Shown one piece after another: positions 1 through 11,625 of a stretch of 64,000 bases of DNA. Position 1 is the first letter of the stretch, and each line of letters opens with the position of its first letter. The stretch covers positions 1 through 64,000 of IMG/VR virus record IMGVR_UViG_3300032007_000068, one strand, 5' to 3'. The position numbers were made by a program, and so were the translations under genes. The DNA comes from a virus (taxonomy: Duplodnaviria > Caudoviricetes). Below the pieces are notes generated by a model. That model made no database searches and was not told where the DNA came from. It saw nothing but the letters and a program-made list of their open reading frames with translations.

Positions 1-307
1 TTACTATGTAGAACAGCCTAATGACAAAGTAGATGAAACATTGCTTGATACCAAACGATACTTGACCACTCTTGTTGAAAATGAAACTAATTTGTCCGCG
101 CTATTAGAAGATGCTATTAAAAATAACCTTAAAGAGGACGCCGCAGCAAAGGAAGCTGAAGATGGAGATGCTTCTTTGTTTGATGATATCGCGCAGGTTG
201 AACAAGATTTAACCGCGGACACGATGAATGAATTTAGTGATTTCTTAGACGCGGAACAAGACCTCGCAGCGGCCCTTGAAGAGGAGGATGACTTAGATGG
301 CACTTAA
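1..307 (+). CDS. 3' part of an acidic hypothetical protein upstream of the terminase (5'-truncated by the window)
   Basis: Frame is open from position 2 to TAA at 305-307; D/E-rich C-terminus; overlaps the terL start. Confidence 0.7.
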   Translation, partial: YYVEQPNDKVDETLLDTKRYLTTLVENETNLSALLEDAIKNNLKEDAAAKEAEDGDASLFDDIAQVEQDLTADTMNEFSDFLDAEQDLAAALEEEDDLDGT

Positions 308-3300
308 AGACCTTTTAGAAGTGCGGTCCCGCTCTTTAATTACTAATCTATTAAGTCCTACCCTCCGCAAAGTGTTACATTTAAACGAGGGGGCTGCTAA
401 ATAGGGCATTAGCGAAGAACGTGTTGAACTTGTTATTCCTATTGTTCGATAGTATATAGCTTTTTGGCGAGAATATCCAGATTTATTTGTTGATTTCTTA
501 GTGCGGGGATTCCGCGAAGAGGCTAGCGAAGGCGAATTCCATTTCTTCTTTTATCAGCGGATATTCCTGCGGGCCATTTTCCGATATTAGTATGTGTACG
601 CCGTCTATCCCAGAGCGTTTTCCAAATCATTCCTGTCTGTTCTCGCGCTTATTCTGCGAAGTATTTTATACCCTAGATGCCACCTTTTCGTTACTTCTGG
701 AGGTAAAGAGCAGGCCGCAGCTATTTTGCGCGATAAGGTAACCGAACTATGTTAGCTTATTCCCGCTCTTGATAAAGAAATAGACCGCCGCAGAGGTAAA
801 TCTACTGAAGGCAAAGACTCAGTGCGTTATTTATTTTATTCAGGTTCTATTCTTGAGAACATGGCTGCGCGAGAGAGCTCTAGAGGTAAGAGGTTCCATG
901 CTGGGCTGATAGAAGAGTGCGTAGGAGTTGATGGTAAAATACTTTAGGAAGTAATTATCCCTACAATGGCCGTTTCGCGACGATGCTTGGATGGCACGAC
1001 GCAAGAAGACGAGCCCTTAAATAAAAGCCAGGTGTACGTCACAACAGCTGGATACAAAGGAACATTCCCTTAGAATTTTTCATAGGGGCTTCTAGCAGCG
1101 ATGCTAGTTGAAAAACTTCGTGAACCTAGAAAACTAGGGTGTGATATTTTATTGAAAATATTGCTAACAGTGAAAGCTAATACAGCTAACGCTGTGCCAA
1201 GCCATAATTTTATTATGGAAGGTTCAGAGACTATCCCGGAAGGGAGTAGGCGATTGGTGAAATTCCAACGTCGAAGCGCGAAGGATCTAAATATAAAGTA
1301 TTTTTGGGCGGCATAAGATAACCCATTATTAAAATTTTTCATGTATTGTGCTAGGAGAATTAATCAAAATTTATGATTCTATAATTAGCGCAGTAAAAGC
1401 AGTTAATTTAAAAAGTCGTAGTGGTTTAGATAATGTTTTAAGAGGAACTGCTCATAATGCTGGAGGTTATTTTTGGATGTATTTAGATCAAGAAATAGTC
1501 CAATAATTGTATGAAAAATTGATATCGCTCTTGCTGCGGTCGGTGACTCAGCCAGATAAAGCAATTATTTTAGGTGGAACTTGGAGATTGCCCGTTGCAG
1601 TGGGCTTGCAGAGCCGGAACTTCATAAGAGATTAGCGTGAGGAGGGTGGACTTACATTGTCAGTGCCCTAGATAAAACTTTACCTGTGTTCTCGCAGGGG
1701 TTAGCCTTTAATGGCTAGCTAACGGGGAACCCTAAACCCTTTGGGCAAGGGAATCCCGTGGGAAACCATTTAAATACCTATATAAGGAATTGATTATATG
1801 AGAGGAATATATAAATTTACAAATAAAATTAATAATAAATCATATATTGGCTAGTCTATCAATCTAGAAGGAAGATATGCGTCACATCGACGTAATTATA
1901 AAAATCCCAATTTAGCAATATATAATACTCATTTTTATCAAGCACTAAGAAAATATGGTTTTGAAAATTTTGACTATACAATATTAGAAGAAAATGATAA
2001 TTTTACTTTAGAAGATTTAAATAGATTAGAAATTGATTATATAGCTAAATTTGATAGTTTTTATAATGGGTATAATATGAATCCTGGAGGCGGTAATACC
2101 GGTAGTGGCTATCTACTTGCTCCAGATACTATTTTAGCTATTAAGCAAGACTTAAAAGAGGCATTGAATTTAAGTTTTGCAGATATTTAGCGTAAATATA
2201 ATATTGCTAGTACTGGCTTAATGTCTGCTATTAATTCTGGTAAAGCATATGCGTTACTTGGTGAATATACTTATCCTATTCGAGCCAAAGAGGATATCAT
2301 GAAAGTTTATCAAGGAGGACGTAACGGTCGTGCTGTTTTTACTGATGAAGAAGTTATGTAGATGCGGCGATTATATCAAACCGAAGATTTAAATTAGATA
2401 TATGAAAAGTATAAAGACCGAGCCTCTTTTTCAGCCATCAAAAAAATTGTTTATGGCGTTAATCATTTGCATTTGCCAATTTATAAAAAGAAAATTAATA
2501 AATGGTATTTAAATGGAACCTGTATCGACTATCCTCGTGAAGAGGAGTAGAGTAACTAGTGAGAAGTTATTCGAAATGGTTTTCTCGTTGTTTCAACGAG
2601 TAAGAGATAGTCAGTACCAGTAGAAATACTGGATTAAATGACCTACAATGAAGCGTCGTTCGGACGAGAATATGAGTCGAGCTGGTCAGGAACTGCGGAA
2701 AACGGGTTCTTTGACGGCGAGGCGTTCGATAAGTAGCGCATTATTCCCCTAGCCGAATATGAAGCCAGTGGCAAGCGCGGAGAAAATAGTTATTACGTTT
2801 TGGCAGTCGACGTAGGACGTTTTGGTTGTCAAAGTGTAGTGTCAGTAATTAAAGTTAATCCCCGCACTCAAGGAGACTCTATTAAACGATTAGTCAATAT
2901 TGTTACTATGAATGATGAACACTTTGAAGCGCAAGCAATTAAATTAAAGCGTTTGTTTTATGCTTATAAGGCTCGGCGCATTATTATAGACGGTAACGGC
3001 TTAGGGGCTGGCCTATTAGACTTTATGACCCGCAGCCAGATAGATGAACTCGGTTAGTCTTATCCCGATTTTGGAGTTTATGGCGGCACTAATCCAGCTT
3101 CTGTTGAACAATATAAGAAATAGCATACCGAAGAAACCGAAGAGAATGCTATGTATATAATGAAAGCCAATTTACCAATCAATACAGCCGCGCATACTAA
3201 TCTATAGTCTTAGGTAGCAACCGGGCATATTAAATTTTTAATTGAGCCCGCTATGGCTAAAATTAAATTGCTTGGTACTAAAAAAGGCTAGCTAATGTCC

Positions 3301-3540
3301 CCAGAGCAGCGTAACGAGTATTTGTTACCATTTACACTTACCAGTATTTTAAAAGAAGAAATGCTTAATTTGCGCGAGGAAAATGCGGGCATTAATATTA
3401 TTTTAAAAAGTGTAAATAAGAGACTGGGACACGATAAAGTTTCATCTTTAGAATATGGCTTATACTATATTAAAGAAGAAGAAGAGACTAAGAAAAAGAA
3501 AAAAACAGGTCGCTTTAAAGATTATATGTTTATGTCTTAA
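297..3540 (+). CDS. terL: Terminase large subunit, split by two group I introns (exons 297-1070, 1510-1647, 2641-3540; ~603 aa with TAG=Gln)
   Basis: RBS GAGGAGG at 281-287 and ATG at 297. Walker A-like YPRAFSKS, Walker B-like GLIEE, coupling motif YVTTAG, RNase H-like VLAVDVGR, IIIDGNGLG and HDKVSSLEYG. Spliced junctions read GTFP|YEKLI and REEG|TYNEASF in frame. Confidence 0.9.
1071..1509 (+). mobile_element. Group I intron 1 in terL (439 nt, no intact ORF)
   Basis: Exon ends in T (TTCCCT) and intron ends in G (ATTG). P7 pairing GACTAT 1229-1234 / ATAGTC 1495-1500. Removal restores the reading frame. Confidence 0.88.
1336..1506 (+). pseudogene. NUMOD1-like DNA-binding remnant of a homing endonuclease inside terL intron 1
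   Basis: Startless frame reads GELIKIYDSIISAVKAV...LRGTAHNAGGYFW, resembling the NUMOD1 helix-turn-helix pattern; no nuclease domain upstream. Confidence 0.6.
1648..2640 (+). mobile_element. Group I intron 2 in terL (993 nt) carrying a GIY-YIG homing endonuclease
   Basis: Exon ends in GGT and intron ends in AAATG. P7 GACTAT 2527-2532 / ATAGTC 2607-2612. Core CTAACGGGGAACCC...GGGAATCCCGTGGGAAAC at 1719-1766. Confidence 0.9.
1798..2562 (+). CDS. Intron-encoded GIY-YIG homing endonuclease (254 aa, TAG=Gln)
   Basis: MRGIYKFTNKINNKSYIG[TAG]S...FYQALRKYGFENF...GYN. Missed by the ORF track because of in-frame TAGs; ends TAG TGA. Confidence 0.9.
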
Positions 3541-3542
3541 AA

Positions 3543-3595
3543 TTTTTGGGGCGAGTATGGTTTAAGTGTCTTGCAGTTTTTTTATATTATATAAG
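3543..3595 (+). promoter_or_regulatory. Phage-specific promoter-like motif (TTTTGG-N26-28-T-tract-ATATTATATA)
   Basis: One of six similarly spaced copies, each upstream of a gene start (see findings). Confidence 0.55.
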
Positions 3596-3618
3596 AGAGT
3601 AAAGGTGGTGATTGTAGA

Positions 3619-3975
3619 ATGAAAGCGAGTAGAGGAGAAATTAAAATCCATGAAATCCTCACTTAGAATGACATTCCCTTTAAAGAAGAGTACGAGTTTC
3701 CTGGCTTGATGTCTCCTAATGGTAGACCCCTTCGCTTTGATTTTGCGGTCTTTGATGATGATGGTGAACTAGACTTCCTCATCGAATTTCAAGGCAAATA
3801 GCATTATTAGGCTGTAGGTAAATTTGGTGGGGTGCGCGGTTTATATCAGCAATAGTTTAATGACAAAAAGAAACGCCGCTTTTGCGCTTTAAAGGGCATT
3901 AAATTATTAGAAATCCCTTATCAAGATGAAAGTTTACTCAATTATGATTATATTTTTTCAAGAGTAAATAGTTAA
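3619..3975 (+). CDS. Small PD-(D/E)XK / Vsr-like endonuclease (118 aa, TAG=Gln)
   Basis: SRGEIKIHEIL...LRFDFAV...LIEFQGK[Q]HY...ND..K..FC..KGIKLLEIPY pattern; RBS AAAGGTGG. Confidence 0.75.
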
Positions 3976-3988
3976 GGAGGTTGGAACC

Positions 3989-5620
3989 TTGTTACGAGAC
4001 AGACGCCAAGAAATAAAACGCAAAGGTTTTAATCTTGCGCAACAGACACCAATCTCTTCATAGGATGCTATTTGGGACGAAATTGATAGTTAGCAAGATT
4101 TTGCAAAACTGAAATTAGGATTGCGGACGCTGGATGATGCGACCCTTAAACTAGGGTCATTGTAGAAAGCGCACTCACAGTATGGGAGTAAAGATTTCGT
4201 CCTTCAAGCAATATCAAGTAGGAATTACGAAGAATTAAGAAAAATTTCTGATTTCTTTTATGAGTCTAGCGGCATTTATTATAGATTATGTCGCTACCTT
4301 GCTTACTTGTATAGATATGACTGGGTTATACAGCCATATATATTGAATTAGGACAAAGAAAAGAAGAAAACGGACACCATCTTAAAAGACTTCGCTAAAG
4401 TGTTGAATTACTTTGACCGCTCAAATGTATAGAAAATTAGCGGTGATATAGCATTAGAAGTTATTAAGCATGGAGTTTACTACGGTATGCTGGTTGACGC
4501 GGGCGACTATTTCTCTTTATAGCAGTTACCTAGTGAGTACTGCCGCACTCGCTTTTACGCGGGGCCGGAGCCTATCGTAGAATTAAATCTTAGGTTCTTT
4601 GACTCTTGTTTTTCCAATGTCCAATATCGCTTAGCAGTATTAAAAACCTTCCCTAAAGAAGTACAAAAAGCTTATGTTGCTTACAAAGAAGGCAAATTAA
4701 AAGGTGATACTAAAGATGAAACCACTTGTTGGTTTATCCTAGAACCGGGTACTGCGTTTAAAATCTGTTTAAACGATTCGGAAATGCCCGCTTTAATGGG
4801 TGTTATCCCCTCATTAATAGATTTGGATTTGGCGCAAGACCTCGACCGCAAGAAAACTATGTAGTAGTTGTTAAAAATTATCATACAGAAGCTTCCTCTT
4901 GATAAAAATGGTGACTTAATTTTTGATGTGGACGAAGCAAGAGATGTACATAATAATGCGGTCGCTATGCTTAGTAATAAAGCTGTAGGAGTTGATGTGT
5001 TAACCACTTTTGCGGACGTGGAAGTGGCGAATATGCGCGATAGCGCGACAGTTACTTCAACTGATGACCTTGAGAAGGTCGAGCGCACCGTGTATAATAA
5101 CTCTGGTGTTACTTCTAATTTATTTAATGCGGAAGGCAATTAGGGCGTTGCTAATTCAATATTAGTGGATGAAGCCTCTATGAGAGATTTAATCCTTCGA
5201 TTTAATAATATGTATAATACAATAGCATCGAAGTTTACAGTAAAACGACGCTACTATTTTGTATTTAATATGCTCGAAACAACTCAATTTAATTACAAAG
5301 ATTTGGCTAAATTATATAAAGAATATACAACTTTAGGCTATCCGAAGCTGTGGGCGCAAGTTGCGCTTGGTCATTCGCAAAGTGCGATACTTGCGGCGAT
5401 TACCTTTGAAAATGAGATACTTGATTTGGCTACTATTATGGTACCGCCCATGAGTTCGAACACTCGTAGCAATAAAGTAGATATTCATGGTAATGCGATT
5501 GGCGGTTCATCTTCTTCGACCACTAAAGTTGATGGGTCCACCGCAGAAACTGGTCGACCGGAAAAGTCAGAAACAGAACTGTCTGATAAAACTTTAGCCA
5601 ATCGAGAAAGTATGAAGTAA
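3989..5620 (+). CDS. Portal protein (543 aa, TAG=Gln)
   Basis: TTG start after GGAGG; one frame joins track ORFs 4868 and 5165; lies between terL and the protease; conserved-looking KLLKII and VERTVYNNSG blocks. Confidence 0.8.
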
Positions 5621-5633
5621 GGAGGAAATACCA

Positions 5634-6884
5634 ATGCACATTAGTGTTCCACTTAATAATACAATGGAGTTTATTGACAGTACTGAGGTTTCTCCTCTTA
5701 TTTCTCATTGTAGTATTAAAGTGTGTTATGTGGGGCAAGACCCCAACCGCAACCATTCCGTTATAACCAAAGAGGTTGCCACGGATATGGGACGAAGGTT
5801 ACCTGGTTCTCCTATTGTTGGTTTTTATAACCAAAAAAAGAAAGATTATGAGGGACACAATCGCGAGCTTATGGTTCAAGATAATGGTAAAATAGAATTT
5901 ATAGACACCACGAAAGCTTATGGTTTTGTTCCTACTAATGCCAAGGTTTGGTTTTAGAACTTTGTAGACGATGGCATTACACATGAATATTTGTGTACCG
6001 AGGGATATATTTGGACTGCGGCGTATCCTGAAGCTCAGCGTATAATCCAAAAGGGCAACAACTAGTCTATGGAAATTAATGACGAAAGTGCTCGCGGTTA
6101 TTGGGCAAACGACGATAAATCAGGTGACAGAATTTTTATTTATAATGAGGCGCTAGTAGAAAAATTATGTATCTTAGGTGAGGACGTAGAGCCTTGCTTT
6201 GAAGGTGCTTCTATTAATGCCCATTTTGCATTAGAGAATATCGAAGTATTGAAAAATACTTTGTTTTCTATGATAACTGAATTACAAGAAGTTTTTAAAG
6301 GAGGCTCTAGCCAAATGGAAGACGTCGAGAAAGTAGAAGACGGCCTCGTAGTTGAGGAATTTGCGCAAGAGGTTAAAGAAATGACCGAGCCTATTCAAGA
6401 GGAACCGGTTATCGAAGAAACTTTTGAGGAAGTTCATAACGAAGAGGATAATCAACAAGAAGAGACTCCTGCTGAGGAAAACATAGAAGAACAGTGCAAT
6501 TATGCACAACTTGAGAGTGATTATGCCACTCTTCAAGCTTCTTATTCAGCCCTTGAACAGGAGAATGCCGCTTTACGCACTGAGGTTGAGTCTCTGAGAC
6601 AGTTCAAGCTTAATGCTGACCGTCAGGCTAAGCAGGCAATGATTGATAGTTTTTATATGCTATCTGATGAAGACAAAGCCGATGTTGTAAATAACATAGA
6701 CAATTATTCTTTAGATGATATAGAAGCTAAATTATCTATAATTTGTGTCCGCAATCGAGTAAACTTCTCTATTGATGAAGATAATAAAGAGAAGGGAATC
6801 ACTCATTTTAGCTTACAAGCTATTGAGGATAATGATTGCGCTCCGGCTTGGGTTAAAGCCGTAAGACAAAAAGAGAACAATTAA
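5634..6884 (+). CDS. Prohead protease with C-terminal acidic coiled-coil scaffold (416 aa)
   Basis: Track ORFs 5634 and 6069 are in frame across TAGs (WF[Q]NF, NN[Q]SMEI); E-rich coiled-coil C-half; position before the capsid genes. Confidence 0.75.
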
Positions 6885-6898
6885 GGAGGAAATATAAA

Positions 6899-7534
6899 AT
6901 GGCACTTGCTAAAACTCGTTTAAGCGGGGCTCAGTATGTGGCCAGAGGTTACGCTCAGGTAGAGCCTAATCATCTTTCTGCTCGCAGAAACGGCCAGATT
7001 TATGCGCAGCTCCCCGCGAATGCTAATATTACCGTTCTTGAGAATGGTCAGTTTGTAAAATATGATTATGCTGCTCATGAGGTAAATTTCACTGGTAAGG
7101 GCGCTTGGATGCTCGTATTCAATGAGATTAAGGTTTATCGTGATTTCCAGGGCGATGCTGATTTCGCTATGATTAAGGATAATTACGAGTATAGCGTATT
7201 TGATGCGCTCGGTTCCGCGAACTACACCCACCTTTATGGTGAGTCTGAGACTACCGGCCACACCGCTGGTCTTGCGCGCACTGGCGAGAAAATGGTCCCT
7301 CGCGTATTCAAGATTTCTGTTGGTGACATCTACACCACGAATGCTATAAATGAGAAAGTTAGCGACATCGCTGCTGGCGATATCCTTACTGTTGGTGCTA
7401 ATGGTTGGCTTGTTAAGGCTGGCAATAGCGCCACCGATATTTCCAAACTTAGTGGCCCGGTGTTCCAGGTCGCCCAAGTTTATGTTATGCCTGATCTTCA
7501 GCCTGGTGTTAAACTCCAGTGCATTGCAGAATAA
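6899..7534 (+). CDS. Capsid decoration/cement-like protein (211 aa, no TAG)
   Basis: Strong RBS; highly biased codon usage; position between the scaffold and the major capsid gene. Confidence 0.6.
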   Translation: MALAKTRLSGAQYVARGYAQVEPNHLSARRNGQIYAQLPANANITVLENGQFVKYDYAAHEVNFTGKGAWMLVFNEIKVYRDFQGDADFAMIKDNYEYSVFDALGSANYTHLYGESETTGHTAGLARTGEKMVPRVFKISVGDIYTTNAINEKVSDIAAGDILTVGANGWLVKAGNSATDISKLSGPVFQVAQVYVMPDLQPGVKLQCIAE

Positions 7535-7551
7535 GAAAGGAGGAGCTTATA

Positions 7552-8580
7552 ATGTTAGAGAGAAAAGATATAATTGCTTTAATGAAGGCTGCGGCTGATA
7601 CTGCTCCTTCTACTTGTTTTAGTTTCAATGGCGAGAATCTTAGTTCTGCCGCTATTAATGCCACCCTTCGCGAGTAGCTTTCTGAGCTTGCTGGCACTTA
7701 TGACCTTTACCGCGCCAATAAGAATCAGCTCTTTAGTCTGATTGAGGAAGCTGTTAATGACATTCTTCCCCAGCGTGTTCTTGAGGCCTATGGCCGTTTC
7801 GCTGAAGTTCGTCAGTTCCCGCAGGGCACGATGCCCATCTTCACCCGTAAACTCGGTCGTGTGCGCGCGAAGCAGTTCATTACTCGCGTCGGGCTTGCCG
7901 GTGTTTATGAAGTTTTCAAGCTTGGCGAAACCAACTATGAAGTAAAGACTAGCGCTATCGGTGGAGCCGCTCAGATTGGCTTTGAGGAGTTCCTTGATGG
8001 CCGTGTTGACTTTGCTGAGGTTGTTCAGATTGTTATGGACGGTATGGACGAGCTTATTTATCGTGAGATAGCCGCAGCTCTTATGGGCGCTATCAATCAG
8101 CTCCCCGCCGCTAATCGTGTTGCTGTTGCTGGCTTCAATGAAGACGCTATGGATCAGCTGATTTCTGTTGCTAGTGCTTATGGCGCTCCTGCTATTTATT
8201 GCACTCGCGAGTTTGCGCAGAAGATGGTCCCGCAAACTAACTGGGTTTCTGACTCTATGCGCGAGCAGCGTTGGAACCTTGGCTACTTTGCTAATTATAA
8301 GGGAGTTCCCGTTATAATTCTCCCGCAGAGCTTTGAGGATGAAACTAATGCCAAGAAAGTAATTGACCCTGGCTATGCTTGGGTAATGCACTCTGACGAG
8401 AAGCCTGTTAAGGTTGCTTTTGAGGGTACTCTCCATGTTCGTGACCGCGAGAACGAAGACTGGTCCCGTGATATGCAATGCTACCAGAAGGTTGGCGTAG
8501 GCGTTATCATGACCAATAGCCTTTGCTCTTATATTGATACTCAGCTTCAGGGCAAGCTTACTTGGCCTGCTAGCTATTAA
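7552..8580 (+). CDS. Major capsid protein (342 aa; single TAG at codon 42, 7675-7677)
   Basis: RBS AAAGGAGG and ATG 7552, in frame with track ORF 7831; high-expression codon bias; size and synteny. Confidence 0.85.
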
Positions 8581-8596
8581 TTTAATAGAGATATAA

Positions 8597-8621
8597 GGGG
8601 ATAGGGTTAATCCCTATCCCC
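8597..8621 (+). terminator. Perfect 10-bp hairpin after the capsid gene
   Basis: GGGGATAGGG-TTAAT-CCCTATCCCC; lacks a U-tract, so it may be a stabiliser rather than a terminator. Confidence 0.5.
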
Positions 8622-8649
8622 AAATTGAGAAAAAGGAGATAATATAATT

Positions 8650-9189
8650 ATGAAAACTGTTACTGTTACTAACCGAAGCGGTGGTTTTGTTTATTATGAC
8701 CTGCCGGAATTAAATATTAAGAGGGCTTTTGCTCCTAAAGAAGTAAAGAAAGTTTCTAGCGATGAATTAGTCCAGCTTGGAATGAAAGAGGGCGGGCAGA
8801 GACTTCTACACGATTACCTCTTTATAGACGACGCGGATGTTAGATTAGAAGCTACTAATATCCAAGAGGAAGTAGAATATTTCCTCAAAGAAGAGCAAAT
8901 TCCAGGTTGGATGAATAATTGTTCTTTAGACGAGTTTAAAGACGCTCTTGATTTTGCGCCGAAGGGTGTAATTGAATTAATTAAAGATTTTGCGGTTTCT
9001 ATGCCTCTTAATGATGTGGCTAAGAGAGAAGCTCTTAAAACTCAATTAAAGTTTGATGTAGCAAAAGCCATTGAGATTAACACGGAAGATAAAGGAACTG
9101 CGCCGGCTCCGACTGAAGCTACTGGTAGACGCGCCACTAAGGTAGCCGCAGAAACCCCCGTCCGTAGAATTATAAAAACAACTAATTAA
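8650..9189 (+). CDS. Hypothetical head-assembly protein (179 aa)
   Basis: RBS AAAGGAG; intact ORF; synteny. Confidence 0.6.
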   Translation: MKTVTVTNRSGGFVYYDLPELNIKRAFAPKEVKKVSSDELVQLGMKEGGQRLLHDYLFIDDADVRLEATNIQEEVEYFLKEEQIPGWMNNCSLDEFKDALDFAPKGVIELIKDFAVSMPLNDVAKREALKTQLKFDVAKAIEINTEDKGTAPAPTEATGRRATKVAAETPVRRIIKTTN

Positions 9190-9209
9190 TATTTAAGGAG
9201 GTAGTAGGC

Positions 9210-9755
9210 ATGGCCGAATATCCAATTCAAGGAGAAGATACTACCTTCTCTGAAATATATAATAACTTTTTAGGACGAATTACAGATGATATGTATCTGG
9301 AACTGACTCCTGAAGACACTATTCGAGACATGAAAAGCATCCTACTCCTTTCAATTCCTGGCTTTGAATTTCCTCGCTTCCCTCTATATGACTATACTGT
9401 GTATAGTGCGGAAGAAATCGAAGCTGCTACCGCGAATGGTGAGGATTTACAAGACCATTACAACTGCCATTTAACGGCCGAAGAGATTAGTATCTTCGGT
9501 CTTTTAATGTACAATACATGGCTTCAAAGACAGGTTGCATCAGTTGAAAATACTAGAATGAAGTACTCTGGAACTGACTTTAAATTTACAAGTCAGGCTA
9601 ATCACTTGGATAAGCTAATTAAATTAAAGCAAGAAGCTGAACGCTAGGCGCATCATTACTAGCGTTTATATAAACGCCGCAAATTAATTGATAATAAAGG
9701 CTCTATTAAATCTAATTGGTCTACTCTTATGGAAGTTAGTGCGCTAGATGGATAA
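9210..9755 (+). CDS. Putative head-tail adaptor (181 aa, TAG=Gln)
   Basis: Track ORF extended through two TAGs to TAA 9753-9755; synteny. Confidence 0.55.
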
Positions 9756-10050
9756 ATATAATATAGGTTTTTCTGAAGAAGTAAAAACCTAGTGTATATA
9801 GAGGCTTATTAATCAATTATGGAAATTAATTCCTATGCGGGAGAACCAAGAAGATTGGATTACTCATTTAGATATTTTGATTGAGGAAATTAGTGGGTTA
9901 GTTGAAATCTATAAAGACAAAGTAGAAGGTTTAATTTTGCTTGCAAAACTAGAGGGGCTTACATCCGAAGTATGTAATGATTTTATAATATATCGTAAAA
10001 CAGTATTTAGATGTATTGATTTACTTCCGTAGGTGATACGATATGGATAA
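9748..10050 (+). CDS. Hypothetical protein (100 aa, TAG=Gln)
   Basis: ATG 9748 overlaps the upstream stop and is in frame with track ORF 9835; ends at TAA 10048-10050. Confidence 0.65.
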
Positions 10051-11047
10051 TTTAGATTTAATGCGGCTGAGGCTTAATTATTAGGGTGGCATCCATCAAG
10101 AGGATAGAATGATCAAAGATAAGTATAAAACTTTTCTTAAAACACTTTTATACTCTTACCAAGCAGCCACAGTAGCTAGAGTATAGGAAGCCGCGCAAGC
10201 TCCTTTATATGCAGAATATAATGCTGCGCCCGTTTCTCCTATTGCCGCAGATGCAGTGCGCGCTTTAATTAATCCTGATAAGGTTAAGCAAAATTATGAT
10301 GATAAGATCTTGTCTATTGATAAAGTATATAATTGGCAAGCTGGCGATGTGTTTGAGTGGTGCGGCACAGATACTAGATGGTTAATTACTTTGGAGCAAA
10401 AGACAGAGGATGCTTATATGCGGAGTTCAATACGCCGCTGTAAATATATGATAAAGTTCAAAGACTCAGAAGGCAAAATACGATACACCTGGGCTGCAGT
10501 TCGTGGTCCAATTGAAACTCAAATTAATTCTATTTAGAAGAATTAGATTAGAGTAGATTAGCCTAATCTTAGCTTAAACTTATTAATGCCAAAAAATCCT
10601 TATACCTTAGAGGCTTTCAAACGATATAACACGTTTTTCTTAGCTGACTAGAGTGAGCGTTGTTATAGAGTAGAAGCAATAGATAATATTAGTATGGATG
10701 GTATATTAGAAGTCGCGGCTGAGGAATATTATTATAATAAAGAGGAAGATGACCTCGAAAACCAAATCAGCAAAGGTTTGGTAGTTGAGCCAGTTGACCC
10801 AACTCCGCGAACGCCTATTCAGGGTGAGTGGAGTATTAAACCTATGATTTCTTAGCTTTACACTATTGATACCACTGGTGGTACTTGGAGTGTTAGTAAA
10901 GATGTGCCAGTCTTACTCGCTCAGTCAACTGATGGTACAAAGTGCGAAGTGCGGTGGACTAAAGCAATATCTGGCTAGTTTACTTTATCGTGGGAAAAAG
11001 ATGATATATCTTATGACCGTATTATTGTGGTCGAGTCTTTGTTTTAA
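10043..11047 (+). CDS. Putative neck/head-closure protein (334 aa, TAG=Gln)
   Basis: Continuous frame with only TAG interruptions; translationally coupled start. Confidence 0.55.
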
Positions 11048-11067
11048 TAGATGGGAGTAACAGGAGC

Positions 11068-11625
11068 ATGAAAAATAATACTTACGAATATCCAAAATCC
11101 AGTTTCTTAGGTATGTCAAAAGATACTGCGATAATAATGAATAAATTATTATCGGATGCGGAATTGCTTAAATTATTATATTACATGGATAGAGACTGGT
11201 CGCGGAAGTCTACGCTAACTCCCGCGCAATAGCAAGAATTATTTGACAGAAAAATTATTTCTTGTATTCCCAAAGTAGAAATTGACCCAGATATATAGAC
11301 TTATGTAAGAATATCTTATGATTCCTTTACTCCTAGTGGCAATGATTTTTATCGCGACCATTTGGTAGAGATAAAGATTATTTGTCATTTCGGCGTTTGG
11401 GATTTGGGCAATTTTGAAATGCGACCGTACCGGATAGCTGGCGAGATTGATGCTTTGCTAGATAAAAAGAAATTAACGGGCATCGGTGAGTTACAGTTCT
11501 TGGGTGCAGACCAGGATATTTACGATGAAGAGTTTGGTGGTATTACTTTGCGTTATCTGGCTATTAGGGGCCACGAGGACGACATAAATCCTTTAGATGG
11601 TCGTCCTATTGTTACTACCGAATGA
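11068..11625 (+). CDS. Putative tail terminator/completion protein (185 aa)
   Basis: RBS GGAG and ATG 11068, in frame with track ORF 11362; RPYRIAGEIDALLD block; position before the tail tube. Confidence 0.5.

Noticed and set aside
1101-1316. 71-aa track ORF after terL exon 1
   Set aside because: It lies across the ribozyme core of intron 1 and is not a plausible protein.
7579-8478. 299-aa antisense ORF opposite the capsid gene (also 6920-7477 and 12638-13432)
   Set aside because: Shadow ORFs arising from the codon bias of highly expressed genes; no RBS and no recognisable motifs.
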